DNA from: Candidatus Marinacidobacterales bacterium
GTDB lineage: Bacteria; Acidobacteriota; Vicinamibacteria; Marinacidobacterales; SMYC01
Assembly (NCBI GenBank): GCA_965224085.1
Contig: CBDCYI010000005.1
Span: 672,001 to 736,000, forward strand
DNA: 64,000 nt
Direction of reading: 5' to 3'
Made by a program: the position numbers and the translations under genes
Shown: piece after piece, positions 43,092 to 53,355 of the stretch
Numbering within the stretch: the first letter of the stretch is position 1
Layout of the letters: the number at the start of each line of letters is the position of its first letter
The notes under the pieces: model-generated
Databases searched by the model: none
Seen by the model: the letters and a program-made list of their open reading frames with translations, nothing else
Told to the model about the DNA's origin: nothing

Positions 43092-43487
43092 TTGGACGGT
43101 TTGGACTTCGCCAGCTTACGGCGGGTCTGGGAGCAAACCTTTGGGGCTACTCCTCCAAGCTCGCTCTCGTGCGTTTTCCTGCGCCGTGTTCTGGCGTACG
43201 AACGCCAGTGCCGGACCCATGGCGGGCTTTCGGCCGCAACCCGGCGCGCTCTGGCTGCCATGGCGAACGAGACACCAAGCCCCGGCGCTCCCGCAGAATC
43301 CGTTTCTGCCGGCACCCATCTCGTCCGCGAGTGGAATGGCCGTACCTACCAGGTCGAGGTAATCGACAACGGCTATCGGTTCGATGGCAAAACCTATCCG
43401 TCCCTCACGGCCATCACAAAGCAAATCACCGGCACCCACTGGTCAGGACCACGCTTTTTCGGTCTGACGCCCAAGCGCAAGGCCTAA
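43092..43487 (+). CDS. DUF2924 domain protein (start uncertain, possibly clipped)
   Basis: LAYERQ..GGL, GTHLVREWNG, YPSLTAITKQITGTHWSGPRFFGL. Confidence 0.85.
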   Translation: MDGLDFASLRRVWEQTFGATPPSSLSCVFLRRVLAYERQCRTHGGLSAATRRALAAMANETPSPGAPAESVSAGTHLVREWNGRTYQVEVIDNGYRFDGKTYPSLTAITKQITGTHWSGPRFFGLTPKRKA

Positions 43488-43488
43488 C

Positions 43489-45150
43489 ATGAAGAAAATC
43501 CGCTGTGCCATCTATACGCGAAAGAGCGCGGAAGAAGGTCTCGAGCAGGAGTTCAACTCCCTCGATGCGCAGCGAGAAGCCTGCGCCGCGTATGTCGCGA
43601 GCCAGAAAGCAGAGGGCTGGGTGCTGCTGCCAACCGTCTACGAGGACGCGGGGCTCTCGGGAGGAACCCTGGAGCGCCCAGGCCTGCAGCGCTTGCTCGC
43701 CGACATCGACGCAGGTCTCGTCGAGCAGATCGTGGTCTACAAGGTCGACCGGCTGACCCGTTCCCTCTCCAACTTTGCGAAGCTCGTCGAGCGGCTCGAG
43801 GTGGCCGGCGCGGTTTTCGTCTCGGTGACTCAGTCCTTCAACACCGCGACCAGCATGGGACGACTGACGCTGCATATGCTGCTGTCCTTCGCACAATTCG
43901 AACGCGAGGTCACGGCCGAGCGGATCCGCGATAAGGTCGCTGCCTCCAAGCGCAAGGGACTATGGATGGGCGGCCGCGTACCGCTCGGCTATGAGAAGGA
44001 CGAGCGCACGCTGCGCATCAACGAGGCTGAGGCCGAAACGGTCCGGACGCTCTATGCGCTGTACCGGAAGCACGGAACGCTCCGGCAGGTGAAGGCCGAC
44101 GCGGACCGTCTGAGACTGCGTACCAAGCAACGCTTCGCCGCTGATGGAACCCGGACAGGCGGGCTGCCGTTCCGTCGCGGACACCTCCACTGCCTGCTGA
44201 CCAATCCTCTCTACGCCGGCCGCATCCGGCACCAGAGGCGTGTCTACGAGGGCCAGCATCCATCGATCATTGCTCCGGAGCTCTGGGACGCGGTCCAAAC
44301 GCAGCTGCAGGCAGGGGCTGCCAAACCAAGGAGACGCACGACGAAGGGCCGCGTAGCCCGTTCCCCACTGGCAGGCAAGCTCTTCGACGAGACCGGGGAC
44401 CGGCTGACGCCGAGCCACACCAAAAAGAAAAACGGGCAACGGCTCCGCTACTACGTCTCCCGGCGCCTCATCCAGCACAGTGGCCAAAAGGACCTCTCCG
44501 GCTGGCGCCTGCCCGCCCCGATGCTGGAACAAACCGTCGTGCATCTCATCCGACAGCATGTGGATGCCACGACCTTCCCGGCCTCGCTGATCCACACTCC
44601 GACGATGCAAGAGCTCGCCTCGGTGCGTCGCTTTTTAGACGGGCTGTGTTCCGGTAGTAATGATGATAGTGCCTCGGCAGCCCCCCTGCTCCGTCTTATC
44701 CGGCGGGTCGACATCAGCCCCGGCTCTGTGTCCATCCTGCTCGACCGCAATACGTTCGCTGCTTGCCTCTCTATGGGACCTGACCGCATTTGCGAGGATG
44801 CACTCCGCATCCACGCACCGTTCCGCTTGCGCCGACGCGGCGTCGAGACCAAGCTCGTTCTGGGCAACCCCACGAAATCCGTCGACCGCACACTCCTGCG
44901 CAATATCAGAAACGCCCTCTCCTGGCTCGACCGAATCAAAGCAGGCAAAACCTATGAGCAGATTGCCACCGAAGACGCCATCCCAACGGACCGCGTGCGC
45001 AAGGCAATCCGCTATGCCTTCCTGGCTCCCGACATCGTCCGCGCCATTGTCGAAGGCCGCCAGCCCGTTGGGCTGACCTCGAGCTACCTCTTGCATCATC
45101 CGCTTCCCGACGATTGGGAGAAACAGCGAGTGCTCGTCGCAACGCTGTGA
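43489..45150 (+). CDS. Large serine recombinase
   Basis: CAIYTRKS catalytic Ser, SGGTLERPGL, KVDRLTRS, FAQFERE, LTNPLYAG. Confidence 0.95.
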   Translation: MKKIRCAIYTRKSAEEGLEQEFNSLDAQREACAAYVASQKAEGWVLLPTVYEDAGLSGGTLERPGLQRLLADIDAGLVEQIVVYKVDRLTRSLSNFAKLVERLEVAGAVFVSVTQSFNTATSMGRLTLHMLLSFAQFEREVTAERIRDKVAASKRKGLWMGGRVPLGYEKDERTLRINEAEAETVRTLYALYRKHGTLRQVKADADRLRLRTKQRFAADGTRTGGLPFRRGHLHCLLTNPLYAGRIRHQRRVYEGQHPSIIAPELWDAVQTQLQAGAAKPRRRTTKGRVARSPLAGKLFDETGDRLTPSHTKKKNGQRLRYYVSRRLIQHSGQKDLSGWRLPAPMLEQTVVHLIRQHVDATTFPASLIHTPTMQELASVRRFLDGLCSGSNDDSASAAPLLRLIRRVDISPGSVSILLDRNTFAACLSMGPDRICEDALRIHAPFRLRRRGVETKLVLGNPTKSVDRTLLRNIRNALSWLDRIKAGKTYEQIATEDAIPTDRVRKAIRYAFLAPDIVRAIVEGRQPVGLTSSYLLHHPLPDDWEKQRVLVATL

Positions 45151-45204
45151 GCCTGCCAGCTGCATCTGCCAGCGCCCACTCCGTGAATGGGCTCGGTTAG
45201 CAGC

Positions 45205-45970
45205 AAGCTGCTCTCCGAGGGGACGTACTTGTCGGGCGTGAATAGCCGCGGGATCCGCAAAGCGCTGAAACCACTGCTCGGTGAGGAGCACCTATCGAAG
45301 ACCGCGGTGTCTCGCGTGGTTAGCCGGCTGAAGGAGCGCTTCGAGGAATGGCAGAACCGTACTCTCAGCGAGGAGGTCTACGCGATCGTTTACCTGGACG
45401 GCTTCCACCTGAAAGTGCGGATGGCGAAACGTGTGATCAGCGTACCCGTACTGGCCGCGCTCGGGGTCGCGCCAGACGGGCAGAAACGTCTGTTGTCATT
45501 GCGTCTGGCGGTGAGCGAAGCCTCGACGCATTGGGGCTCCGTGCTGGAGGGACTCCAGGCTCGAGGACTCCGGGCTCCCAAGCTAGTGATCAGCGACGGC
45601 CACAAGGGGCTGATGAAAGCGCTGGAGAAGTGGCCGGGGTGCCGGTTGCAGCGATGTACCGAGCACAAGCGCGCCAACTTGCTCGAACATTGCCCGGCGC
45701 ACGCACGCCGTGAGTTCCGGCGTGACTACAACCGGGTCGTCTACGCCAAGAACGGGATCGCTGCTCGCAAAGCTATGACGAGCTCGTCGCCAAGTGGACG
45801 CCTCTCGCGCCGGCCGTCGTCCGAAGCCTAGAGGAGGCCGGTAATCAGCTGCTGACCTTCTACGAATTCCCTCGTGCCATGTGGAAATCGATTCGAACGA
45901 CCAATGCTCTGGAGAATCTCAACCGCGAGTTTCGACGCCGGACGAAAACCCAAGCGTCGTTCTCCAGCGA
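45205..45970 (+). pseudogene. IS256 transposase fragment, frameshifted
   Basis: YLSGVNSR, YLDGF, ISDGHKGL, QRCTEH, IRTTNALENLNREFRRR. Confidence 0.85.
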
Positions 45971-45972
45971 GG

Positions 45973-46141
45973 AGAGCAGCAAGGTCACGCCCTTGGCGGC
46001 CAGGATGCGCAGGATGGCGTTGACGATGGTCGTCTTGCCCACACCCGGCCCGCCGGTGATGACCAATGCCTTGGAGGTCAGGGCCAGGCGAACCGCATCG
46101 GCCTGGCTTGCCGCCAGCGACAGGCCCGTCTTCCCCTCGAC
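45973..46141 (-). pseudogene. RecD2-like helicase fragment, bounded by a lone IS6 IR (46142-46157)
   Basis: LAASQADAV..VITGGPGVGKTT Walker A region. Confidence 0.7.
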
Positions 46142-46249
46142 GGTATTGTCAAGTTGAGGTCTCAAGCTCGAAGCGGGCCGCTAGATGATGGGGCTTGAGC
46201 GCATGGCGTTGCCAATATCTTGGGGTCGGATCGGCCCTGAATGCCTCAA

Positions 46250-46783
46250 GTGAACAAACCGCCTAGAAGGCGGTGGCTTCAAGGGCTGTCAATTGGAAAT
46301 TGACTGTCGTCGTGAAGAGGCTCGCCATCCTGGGAGTCTAACTCCTACCATCTCGTCCGTTATGCTTCCTGAACTCACCGCCAGATATCCTCGGGCCCAG
46401 AAGTGCCGGCCCCAAAACTTCTTCCTCAGGTGAGCAAACTCCTGAAGGAGTACTCGGGAGCTTATTCCTTTTAGCCACTGCACGATCGTACTCAAGGTCC
46501 TGGTGTGGTCGGTAGGATACGAACACGTGGACGTGGTCGCGTGCAACCTTACCCGAGATTATGTGCAGCTCATGTTCCATCGCGATCTGACGAATCAGAT
46601 CGCGCACACGAACCGCTACTGGACCGATCAAAACCTTTTTACGATATTTCGGTATCCAAACGATGTGCGCTTTTAGGTCCGTTTTCGTGTGCGCTCCGTG
46701 CCTGTAGTGACGCACGCGACCACAATACCACGATCTTCTCTTCGCCTAAAGGCGAGGGGTTTCGACCATCCCCGGAAGAGACA
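46250..46783 (-). mobile_element. tnpA: IS200/IS605-family tnpA-only element, inactivated
   Basis: HIVWIPKYR, DHVH (HUH), FWARGY; frameshift near 46497; C-terminal Tyr helix lost; related GCCTA.AAGGCG hairpins at both ends. Confidence 0.85.
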
Positions 46784-46815
46784 CTAATAAGAAACTCAGG
46801 GTGTAGCGTTTGGGT

Positions 46816-47900
46816 GCCTTGGTGCACAACTCGCGATCTCGGTCCACAATTGTCCTGTACTCGCGGATACGAGGTTCCCCATGAGCATTTTCAAACGCAC
46901 TCAGCGGAAGTATGTGAAGAAGGCCTATCGCGTGAGGAATTGGCGTGAATATGAGGCGGGTCTACGCAACCGTGGGAGCCTGACCGTCTGGATCTCGCTC
47001 ACCGCCGGCAAGCTTGTGAACTGGGACGCGCCCCGGCCAAGGAGGAGGAAACCGGGCCGTCAACGCAAGTACTCGAACCACGCCATCGAGACGGCTGTCA
47101 CCCTGGGCATGGTGTTTCATCTGTCGTCTAGGCAGAGCGAGGGATTGCTGCGATCGTTGTTCGCTCTGATGAAGCTAGACAATGATGTGCCCGATCACAC
47201 CACGATCTCGAGGCGCAAGGCGAAGCTGGGTAAGGTCCCCTTCTACCAAGACAAGCAGAAGACGCCGTTGCACATCTTGATCGACAGCAGCGGTCTCGCT
47301 GTCCACGCCGGCCAGCTGCGCAGAGCACCAAATAGCAGGGACTATCGCAAGCTCCATCTGTGTGTCGACGAGCAGACTGGCGAAGTCGTCGCCTGCGAGC
47401 TGACGAGCAAAAGAGCCCGCGATTCATCGCGGGTAGCATCGCTTGTCGGACAGATCGACAGTCCCATCTCATCGGCCAGAGCTGACACCGCATACGACGC
47501 CAGCGGCGTCTATGAGGCCATCGAGAATCACAGCGCTCATCGCTCGCCGAGGGTGCTGATACCGCCGCGCAAGGGCGCCCTGCTCGCATCGGGGCCGGCG
47601 AGCAGCCGACAGCGCAATCGCAACATTGCAGCACAAGCTCGGCTCGGCAAACGAAAGTGGCACACAGAATCGGGCTACAGCAAACGGAGCAAAGTCGAGA
47701 CAACGTTCCATCGCTACAAGGCTATCGTGGGCTCAGCGATGCGAGCGAGAGGGTTGGCGGCACAGAGAGTCGAGGTAAGGATCGGGTGCAAGATTCTCAA
47801 CACCATGACGGCGCTCGGGATGCCTGATAGCGAGATGATCGGATGATGGGAGTCGGGGCCAAGCGAGCTCTCGGCCTCTATCGGAGTTGTGCACCAAGGC
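46816..47900 (+). mobile_element. IS5-family element, near-identical to 10646-11730; transposase 46881-47846
   Basis: Same IRs and ORF. Confidence 0.95.
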
Positions 47901-48070
47901 AGCGAGTTGCTGCAAACGAGCTCGGCAAATCCATCGGTGCGATGGACCGGCGTCAGTTTGTGAGGCCGCATCTCGAAAAGACGCACCGAAACGCCCCGAA
48001 GCGCGGTTTGCCAAGCCGCTTCCGCCCCCTCAAGGCCAGCACCAACGACCGTAACGAACGGAATCTCCAC
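47901..48070 (-). pseudogene. trmFO: TrmFO N-terminus truncated by IS5
   Basis: [28 protein letters not shown]; conserved position downstream of topA. Confidence 0.88.
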
Positions 48071-48126
48071 AAACGCTATTAAAGCGCAAATCGATCAAGA
48101 AAGCAGTCCTGAATGCTGAATGCTAA

Positions 48127-50601
48127 TCAAGCCCTTGCTGGCTCGGGCTCTGGCTCGGGCTCTGGCTCGGGCTCTGTGCTCTTCTTGTACTTGCAGCCTT
48201 CCTGGGTGCACGCGAGATGTGGACCGTCACGCTTGGTTTTCTTCTCGAAGATGACGGGAAAGCCGCATTCGGGGCAAGGCTCCTTAACCGGCATGTACCA
48301 GCTCGTAAAGTCGCAATTTGGGTACTCGCTGCAACCGTAGAAAAGCTTCCCACGGCGCGAGCGGCGCTCGACGACTTGTCCTGGGCAATTCTCCTTCGGG
48401 CAGGCGACGCCGACTTCCTTTTGTTTGATGAACTTGCAGTCGGGATACGCGCTACAGGCGGTGAACTCGCCATAGCGTCCGTGTTTGATGACGAGTGAGT
48501 TCTCGCATTTCGGGCATTTGTCGTCGAGAAGCTGATCTTTCTTTGTCTCGAGCGATCCATCGGCGCCTCTCAAGATGCGCCGCGTATTCTTGCAGTCGGG
48601 ATATCCCGAGCAGGCGAGAAACTGACCGTAACGGCCTTTCTTCAGCACCATCGCGCGTCCGCATTTCTCACACTCTTCGTCCTGGAATGCGTCCGGATCG
48701 GCGGAGTCTTTGTCCTGATAGTTCTGGATCTCACGCGTGTTGCGGCAGTCGGGATAACCAGAGCAGGCGAGGAAGTGGCCGAATCTTCCCCACTTGATCA
48801 CCATCTGCTTCCCGCATTTGTCGCAGATTTCCTCCGTCTCGAGCTCCATGGCTTTGATGTTAGTCATGTTCTCTTTGGCGTCTTCGAGATCCTTCTTGAA
48901 TTTCTCGTAGAAGTCGTCAATCGTCGTGAGATAGTTGGCGCTCCCTTCCTCGATCTTGTCGAGGAGCTCCTCCATCTGTGCCGTGTACTCGATCGCCATG
49001 ATGTCGGCGAAGCTTCCCAGCAGGAGGTCGGTGACGAGAAAGCCGAGCTCGGTCGGCACGAACTTCTTCTCGACTTTGTTGACGTATTCGCGATCGATCA
49101 GAACGGAGAGGATGCTCGCATAGGTGCTCGGACGTCCAATGCCTTTTTCCTCGAGCTCTTTGACGAGCGATGCTTCGGTGAAGCGCGGCGGCGGCTGAGT
49201 GAAATGTTGCTCGGGCTTGACCACGAGTAGTTTGAGCACCTCACCTTCCGTGAGCGCTGGAAGCTGTTTGGGCCCATCCGCTTTGGAGGATCCCTCGGCC
49301 TCTTTCTGGGACTCGGACCGGACCTCGTCCTCGTCCTTGCCTTCCTCGTAGATCTTCAGAAAGCCCCTGAACTTGAGAACGGAGCCACGCGCTCGGAGGC
49401 TGTATCGGCCGGCCTCGATCTCGACGATCGTTTCGTCGAACATCGCTGGCCTGACTTGCGAGGCAACGAACCGGTTCCAGATGAGCCGATATAGCTTGAG
49501 CTCGTCGCGACCGAGATAAGCGGCGATGGATTCCGGGTCCCGCATCACGGAGGTGGGACGGATGGCTTCGTGTGCGTCCTGGGCGCCCTTCTTGCTCTTG
49601 TACACGTTTGGCTTTGCGGGAAGCATCTCCTCGCCATAGCGCTCGCCGATATATTCGCGGACTTCCGCGATGGCTTCGTCCGCAATGCGCGTCGAATCGG
49701 TTCTCATGTAAGTAATGAGGCCGACGGTTTCTTTGCTGAGCTCGATGCCCTCGTAGAGTCTTTGGGCGACCATCATCGTGCGCTTCGCGGTGAAGCCGAG
49801 CTTGCGGGCCCCCTCCTGCTGCAACTTGCTCGTGATGAAAGGCGGGACGGGGTTGCGCCGTCGCTCTTTCGCGGTGATCTTCTTCACCGTGAAATCGTTT
49901 TTCGAGAGCTCGTCGACGACGGATTGGGTCGAGCTCTCGTCTTTGAGCTCGATGGTCTTCCCGTCCATCTTGTTGAGCTTGGCGACGAACGGTGGCGGGT
50001 TCCCGCCCTCGAGATCGGTGTGAATGGACCAGTATTCTTCGGACTCAAAGGCCTGAATCTCGCGCTCGCGCTCGCACACAATGCGAAGCGCGACGGATTG
50101 CACGCGCCCCGCGGAGAGGCCGCGCCGGACCTTCTCCCACAAGAGAGGGGAGATTTGATAGCCCACGAGGCGGTCGAGCACCCGCCGGGCTTGCTGCGCG
50201 TCGACTTTGTACTGGTCGATCTCGAGCGGGTCCTTAATGGCTTCTTGGATCGCCTTTTTCGTGATCTCGTTGAAGAGGATGCGGTGGATTTTGCTGTCTT
50301 TGCCTCCGAGCTCTTCGGCCAGGTGGAAGCTGATGGCTTCGCCTTCGCGGTCGGGATCTGGAGCGAGGTAGATCACTTCGGCCCTACGCGCCTCGCTCTT
50401 GAGCTCCGAGAGGACCTTCTTCTTTTTGGGAATGACGACGTAGTCCGGTACGAAGCCGTGCTCGACGTCGACACCGAGCTTGCTTTTCGGCAAGTCGCGC
50501 ACATGTCCCATGGAAGCGCGGACGATGAAATTCCGCCCTAGAAACTTGTTGATGGTCTTCGCCTTGGCGGGCGATTCCACAATCACGAGTGATTTCGCCA
50601 T
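48127..50601 (-). CDS. topA: DNA topoisomerase I
   Basis: LVIVESPAKAK, DPDREGE, SAGRVQS, ITYMRTDS, C-terminal Zn ribbons, EP-repeat tail. Confidence 0.98.
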   Translation of the reverse strand: MAKSLVIVESPAKAKTINKFLGRNFIVRASMGHVRDLPKSKLGVDVEHGFVPDYVVIPKKKKVLSELKSEARRAEVIYLAPDPDREGEAISFHLAEELGGKDSKIHRILFNEITKKAIQEAIKDPLEIDQYKVDAQQARRVLDRLVGYQISPLLWEKVRRGLSAGRVQSVALRIVCEREREIQAFESEEYWSIHTDLEGGNPPPFVAKLNKMDGKTIELKDESSTQSVVDELSKNDFTVKKITAKERRRNPVPPFITSKLQQEGARKLGFTAKRTMMVAQRLYEGIELSKETVGLITYMRTDSTRIADEAIAEVREYIGERYGEEMLPAKPNVYKSKKGAQDAHEAIRPTSVMRDPESIAAYLGRDELKLYRLIWNRFVASQVRPAMFDETIVEIEAGRYSLRARGSVLKFRGFLKIYEEGKDEDEVRSESQKEAEGSSKADGPKQLPALTEGEVLKLLVVKPEQHFTQPPPRFTEASLVKELEEKGIGRPSTYASILSVLIDREYVNKVEKKFVPTELGFLVTDLLLGSFADIMAIEYTAQMEELLDKIEEGSANYLTTIDDFYEKFKKDLEDAKENMTNIKAMELETEEICDKCGKQMVIKWGRFGHFLACSGYPDCRNTREIQNYQDKDSADPDAFQDEECEKCGRAMVLKKGRYGQFLACSGYPDCKNTRRILRGADGSLETKKDQLLDDKCPKCENSLVIKHGRYGEFTACSAYPDCKFIKQKEVGVACPKENCPGQVVERRSRRGKLFYGCSEYPNCDFTSWYMPVKEPCPECGFPVIFEKKTKRDGPHLACTQEGCKYKKSTEPEPEPEPEPEPARA

Positions 50602-50703
50602 GGGAATAGTGTAGCTAAAGACGGGAGATCTGCAAACTCGTGCCAGTTTCGGTGCCCGCGGCTCGCTCATGTGTCAGGCAAGGGGATGTGCGGGCAACGA
50701 GCG

Positions 50704-51789
50704 TCACGGCTTCACCTGGTAGAGACCGGAGCCGAGCCTCCAGATCCATCCTTTGACTTCGAGGCCGCACAAAACGGACAAAGCGCGCTCGGTCGGCATA
50801 TCGACGCGCAGAAGCAGCGCGTCGACATCCACCGCGTTCTGCGCTCGGCGGAGCTCGGTGAAAACAGCGCGCTCGTGCTCGTCGAGCTCGGGCCGCGCCG
50901 ATGCGGCAGCGGGGCGTCTTTCGCGAAGCAGCGCGCGTATCTCAGGCCGCAGCTCATCGACGACGTCTCGAGCTTCTGTCACCAGCGTGGCGCCGTCACG
51001 GATCAATGCGTGCGCGCCAGCGCTGTTCTCGGCCCGGGCCGGGCCGGGCACGGCGAAGACTTCGCGGTTTTGTTCGAGAGCGTGTCGCGCGGAAACGAGC
51101 GACCCACTCTTCTGGGCGGCTTCGACGACGATCGTACCCAGTGTCATCCCTGTAAGGATACGATTGCGCCGCGGAAAGTTTCGAGCGCGTGGGGGCTCGG
51201 CCATCGCGAATTCCGAGACAACGGCACCGTTTTCGGCAATTTGCTCGGCGAGCCGTCGATGCTCGCTCGGGTAAATATCTCTCAAGCCAGAGCCGAGTAT
51301 CGCGATGGTCCGACCGCGCGCGTCCAGAGCTCCACGGTGTGCCGCGCCGTCGATCCCGCGTGCGAGCCCGCTAACGATCGTGAGACCCGTGTGAGCGAGC
51401 TCGCGCGCGAGCCGTGCTGCCATCTCGAGCCCGTAGCGGGTCGCGCGCCGCGAGCCCACGATTGCGAGCGAAAGCCCGTCGCTCGGATCGAGCTGACCCC
51501 AGAGGGTCAGAGCCAATGGAGGGTCCGGCACCATCTTCAGCAGGCGAGGGTAGCGCGCATCGGTGAGCGCCAGGGCCTCGAAGCCGTCGGCGTGGATAGC
51601 GTCGAGCTCGCGCCGCGCGCGATCGAGCAACGAATCCGGGGTCGAGGTGAGCGCCTGGAGCGCTTTTTCGCAAGAGCCGACACGGCGCACGAGCTCTACG
51701 CGATCCCGGCAGGGCGTATGCTCGGCGCGCGCGAGCGCGAGCGCGGCGATGAGCTCGTAGAAACCAGTTGTGGAGCGTTTCACAGACAT
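50704..51789 (-). CDS. dprA: DNA-processing protein DprA
   Basis: AIVGSR, VSGLARGID, NFPRRNRI, VVEAAQKSGS. Confidence 0.95.
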   Translation of the reverse strand: MSVKRSTTGFYELIAALALARAEHTPCRDRVELVRRVGSCEKALQALTSTPDSLLDRARRELDAIHADGFEALALTDARYPRLLKMVPDPPLALTLWGQLDPSDGLSLAIVGSRRATRYGLEMAARLARELAHTGLTIVSGLARGIDGAAHRGALDARGRTIAILGSGLRDIYPSEHRRLAEQIAENGAVVSEFAMAEPPRARNFPRRNRILTGMTLGTIVVEAAQKSGSLVSARHALEQNREVFAVPGPARAENSAGAHALIRDGATLVTEARDVVDELRPEIRALLRERRPAAASARPELDEHERAVFTELRRAQNAVDVDALLLRVDMPTERALSVLCGLEVKGWIWRLGSGLYQVKP

Positions 51790-52010
51790 CTATAGGGTCT
51801 CCGGAGGACAATCGGGTCCATCTTGGCCATTTCGGCCCATTTAGGAATACCGTCCGATACGTTCGAATAGAATGACGAGAAACGCGCTCCAGGCCCTCCC
51901 TCGGCTTGCGAAGTTGCTTGCGCACCTAGGGGGGGTGGGCTACCATAGCCTAGCCGCCGCCATCACAGGGTTGATGGAACCTCGCGATTCTCTGTAAGTT
52001 AGAGGTAGAT

Positions 52011-52388
52011 TTGTCCTTACGTGTTCGGCCTGTCATCACATTCCTAGCTCTTCTTGCGCTTTCTACCTGCCCGCTGCTCGCTGACGATCGCGAGGAGGCA
52101 TCCCGCGCCCAGGTCGCTTTCGGTATCGAAGTCGCCAAAAGGGGTCTTTGGCGGGAGGCGATTTATCGTTGGGAGAAGGCCGTCGAGCTCGACCCTGACA
52201 ACGCCAGCGCTCGGAACAATGTAGCGGTGGCTTTCGAGCAGTCGGGTCAGTTCGACGAAGCGAACGAGGAATACGAAAGGGCGCTCGAGCTCGATTCCGC
52301 TAACTTATACATCCGCCAGAACTATGAGCTCTTCAGAGAAGCGTATGAGAGAAAAAAGCGATCCGACAGGCGGGCGCGCCGGAACTGA
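52011..52388 (+). CDS. Small exported TPR protein
   Basis: Signal peptide; two TPR-like repeats (KAVELDPDN, RALELDSAN). Confidence 0.8.
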   Translation: MSLRVRPVITFLALLALSTCPLLADDREEASRAQVAFGIEVAKRGLWREAIYRWEKAVELDPDNASARNNVAVAFEQSGQFDEANEEYERALELDSANLYIRQNYELFREAYERKKRSDRRARRN

Positions 52389-53184
52389 TCGGCGTCGGTC
52401 CCCGCTTTTTTTGGGTCTAATAGGTCTATCGTTGGGGTTTTTCGTGGCTTCCTGCACCTCGTATTACGAAGTGCCCATCGAAGTTCCCATCGAGGCCAAG
52501 CTCGACGTCTCGCAGTTCAACCGCATCCTCGTCGCGAGCTTCACGACGCAGACTAACGAACGTCTCGACCTCGACTCCGAGACGGTGCGCCTGCTACGGA
52601 ACCAGCTCCGTATGCGCTCCAACCTCCAAGTGCTCGACGCGGAAGTCGAGCCTCTCGGCGACTTCTCGGAAGAGGCGCTTGAGGATGCCGGCCTTCTCAT
52701 TGAGTTCGCAGAGCTCGAGGAGCAGGCACGCGCGGACGGTGAAGAGGAGATTTCTCAGCAAGAGTGGATCGATCTCGAGCAGGACAAGCTTCTCGAAGAT
52801 GAGGATTATTGGATGCAGCTCGGTGAGGAATATCAGAACCCGCTCATCGTAACGGGAAAGCTGAGTTTCGGCTCCGAGTCCCGATCGGGCTTCACCCGGC
52901 GCGATCGCTATACGCGTGACGCGTTCAACCGGCCCCAGCTGCAGCGCAGCCAGCAGTTCCAGGAGCGGACTGGCTTTACCTTGAACGCCGAGTTCTTCTT
53001 TATCGATGGCGAAACGGGTCGCACCATTCACCGCGAGCGCTTCACTGAAGAAGTTATCTACGGCCGTGACGAGCAGACCTCGGCGCTGTCGTCCTATTTC
53101 GAGCTGATGGATCGGCTTTTACCAAATTTCTTGAGCATTCTTTCGCCTCAAACGTTTCGGGGCACGAGGGTTCTCTTGAAATGA
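52324..53184 (+). CDS. Uncharacterised lipoprotein (start uncertain)
   Basis: Hydrophobic stretch followed by FVASC lipobox. Confidence 0.7.
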   Translation: MSSSEKRMREKSDPTGGRAGTDRRRSPLFLGLIGLSLGFFVASCTSYYEVPIEVPIEAKLDVSQFNRILVASFTTQTNERLDLDSETVRLLRNQLRMRSNLQVLDAEVEPLGDFSEEALEDAGLLIEFAELEEQARADGEEEISQQEWIDLEQDKLLEDEDYWMQLGEEYQNPLIVTGKLSFGSESRSGFTRRDRYTRDAFNRPQLQRSQQFQERTGFTLNAEFFFIDGETGRTIHRERFTEEVIYGRDEQTSALSSYFELMDRLLPNFLSILSPQTFRGTRVLLK

Positions 53185-53355
53185 ATAATGCCGGAACATG
53201 AATAATGAAAGACGTGGTGGTCGTTACATCCTTATGAATACAACGGGAGAACACTGCGCCTCACGAGCGCCGGGCTTTTTTCGCCGCTGAGCTTTGCGTC
53301 GTCGGGCAACACTGAAGCGATAGCTTCGGGAACTGATAACGATACGAGGTAACCG

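Noticed and set aside
46250-46783. TnpB/IscB OMEGA system
   Set aside because: The element contains only a broken tnpA; there is no nuclease ORF
48139-48176. 12-bp tandem repeat as a separate element
   Set aside because: It encodes the low-complexity EP tail of TopA
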